Assembly (NCBI GenBank): GCA_031548165.1
Contig: JAVBRI010000008.1
Location: 41,084 to 65,083 of the forward strand
Source: Lachnospiraceae bacterium
Lineage (GTDB): Bacteria > Bacillota > Clostridia > Lachnospirales > Lachnospiraceae
Direction: 5' to 3'
DNA: 24,000 nucleotides
Shown: positions 23,375-24,000 of the stretch, in pieces
Numbering within the stretch: position 1 is the stretch's first letter
How the letters are laid out: each line of letters opens with the position of its first letter
Made by a program: the position numbers and the translations under genes
Notes under the pieces: model-generated
Told to the model about the DNA's origin: nothing
The model's input: only the letters and a program-made list of their open reading frames with translations
The model's database searches: none

Positions 23375-24000
23375 ATGAAGTTTTTAAAAAGATTAATAGG
23401 GTTATTAGTATTGGTCGTGGTGTGTTTGATTGTATACGAGATAAGAGATAGAAGCAAGGATACAAGCAAAAACATTAATGAACAAGAAACAAGTACTAAG
23501 GGTGAAAATAGTACAAACACAAATTCGCAGGACAACAGAACTATCGATAGTGATGGATTGACATTACTTGTGCTTGGTGAGAATTTCATGCATGATAGTG
23601 TAATTGCAAGTGGTAAGCAGCCAGATGGTTCATATAATTATGATTATATATTTGAAGGGATAAAGTCATATATAGATGAAGCTGATTTAGCGATTATTAA
23701 TCAAGGAAGCGTTATTGGTGGAGATTCATTAGGTGTTTCGGGATATCCATCATTTAATGCACCTGAGGAAATATGCAGTGCTATACAAAAAGCGGGTATT
23801 GAAGTTACATTAATGGCTAATAGTAGAATAAATAGTATGGGAACAGATGCAATTAGTAACTGTTTAAGTATTTGGAACGAAAAAGCACCAAGTGTAAAGG
23901 TTGCAGGCATTAATGCATCAAAAGAGGCAGCAGAAGATATTTTAGTAGTAGAATCTAATGGAATAAGGGTTGCAATACTTAATTATACCTACAATGTAAA
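23375..24000 (+). CDS. CapA-family (PGA_cap metallophosphatase-like) membrane-anchored protein, 5' part only
   Basis: Absent from the ORF track (no stop in the window). ATG 23375 after AAAGGGTGA. MKFLKRLIGLLVLVVVCLIVY is the anchor. LTLLVLGENFMHDSVI...YIFEGIKSYIDEADLAIINQGSVIGG...GYPSFNAPEEICSAIQKAGIEVTLMAN matches the CapA N-terminal pattern. Hand-translated open to the window end. Confidence 0.75.
   Translation, partial: MKFLKRLIGLLVLVVVCLIVYEIRDRSKDTSKNINEQETSTKGENSTNTNSQDNRTIDSDGLTLLVLGENFMHDSVIASGKQPDGSYNYDYIFEGIKSYIDEADLAIINQGSVIGGDSLGVSGYPSFNAPEEICSAIQKAGIEVTLMANSRINSMGTDAISNCLSIWNEKAPSVKVAGINASKEAAEDILVVESNGIRVAILNYTYNV

Noticed and set aside
1-24000. CRISPR arrays, tRNA/rRNA genes, IS elements, prophage or toxin-antitoxin/defence cassettes
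   Set aside because: I found no regularly spaced direct repeats, no tRNA-like cloverleaf regions in the short intergenic spaces, and no transposase, integrase or recombinase motifs in any frame. The small HTH genes are paired with membrane or metabolic genes rather than toxin-like ORFs.

Overview
AT-rich, Clostridia-like (low-GC Firmicute style codon usage, GGAGG-type ribosome binding sites) chromosomal window with about 21 protein-coding genes. I saw no rRNA, tRNA, CRISPR array, transposase or integrase. Two genes run off the window edges and are therefore missing from the ORF track: an XRE-HTH membrane regulator (2..961, minus) and a CapA-family protein (23375..24000, plus). The left 14 kb is regulator-dense accessory-type DNA. 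It holds XRE-TM, DUF3793, a MerR with a textbook 19-bp-spacer dyad promoter, an XRE regulator fused to an uncharacterized domain followed by a free-standing paralog of that domain, a divergent ProB-like amino-acid kinase, and an AadA-like nucleotidyltransferase. It also holds a membrane protein plus mini-HTH pair, an AraC regulator divergent from a 1204-aa membrane-anchored GH78 alpha-L-rhamnosidase, and a beta-carbonic anhydrase. The stand-out is a compact, translationally coupled, cysteine-rich five-gene operon at about 14.05-16.5 kb: an ArsR/SmtB repressor with a consensus promoter and a 14-bp-arm inverted-repeat operator, HgcA, HgcB, a C_GCAxxG_C_C protein and a 63-aa 8-Cys protein. HgcA carries the diagnostic cap-helix motif NVWCAAGK plus an unusual N-terminal CCCCC tract. 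HgcB is a 2x[4Fe-4S] ferredoxin with the C-terminal CC pair. This is a mercury-methylation (hgcAB) locus with candidate, apparently undescribed accessory genes. The right side carries an orphan 332/339-aa protein, a 1317-aa beta-helix/YDG-domain surface protein with a compositionally foreign (higher GC) core and a non-canonical sorting-signal-like C-terminus, then gpmI and capA-like. All functional calls rest on motif recognition by eye; no database search was possible.
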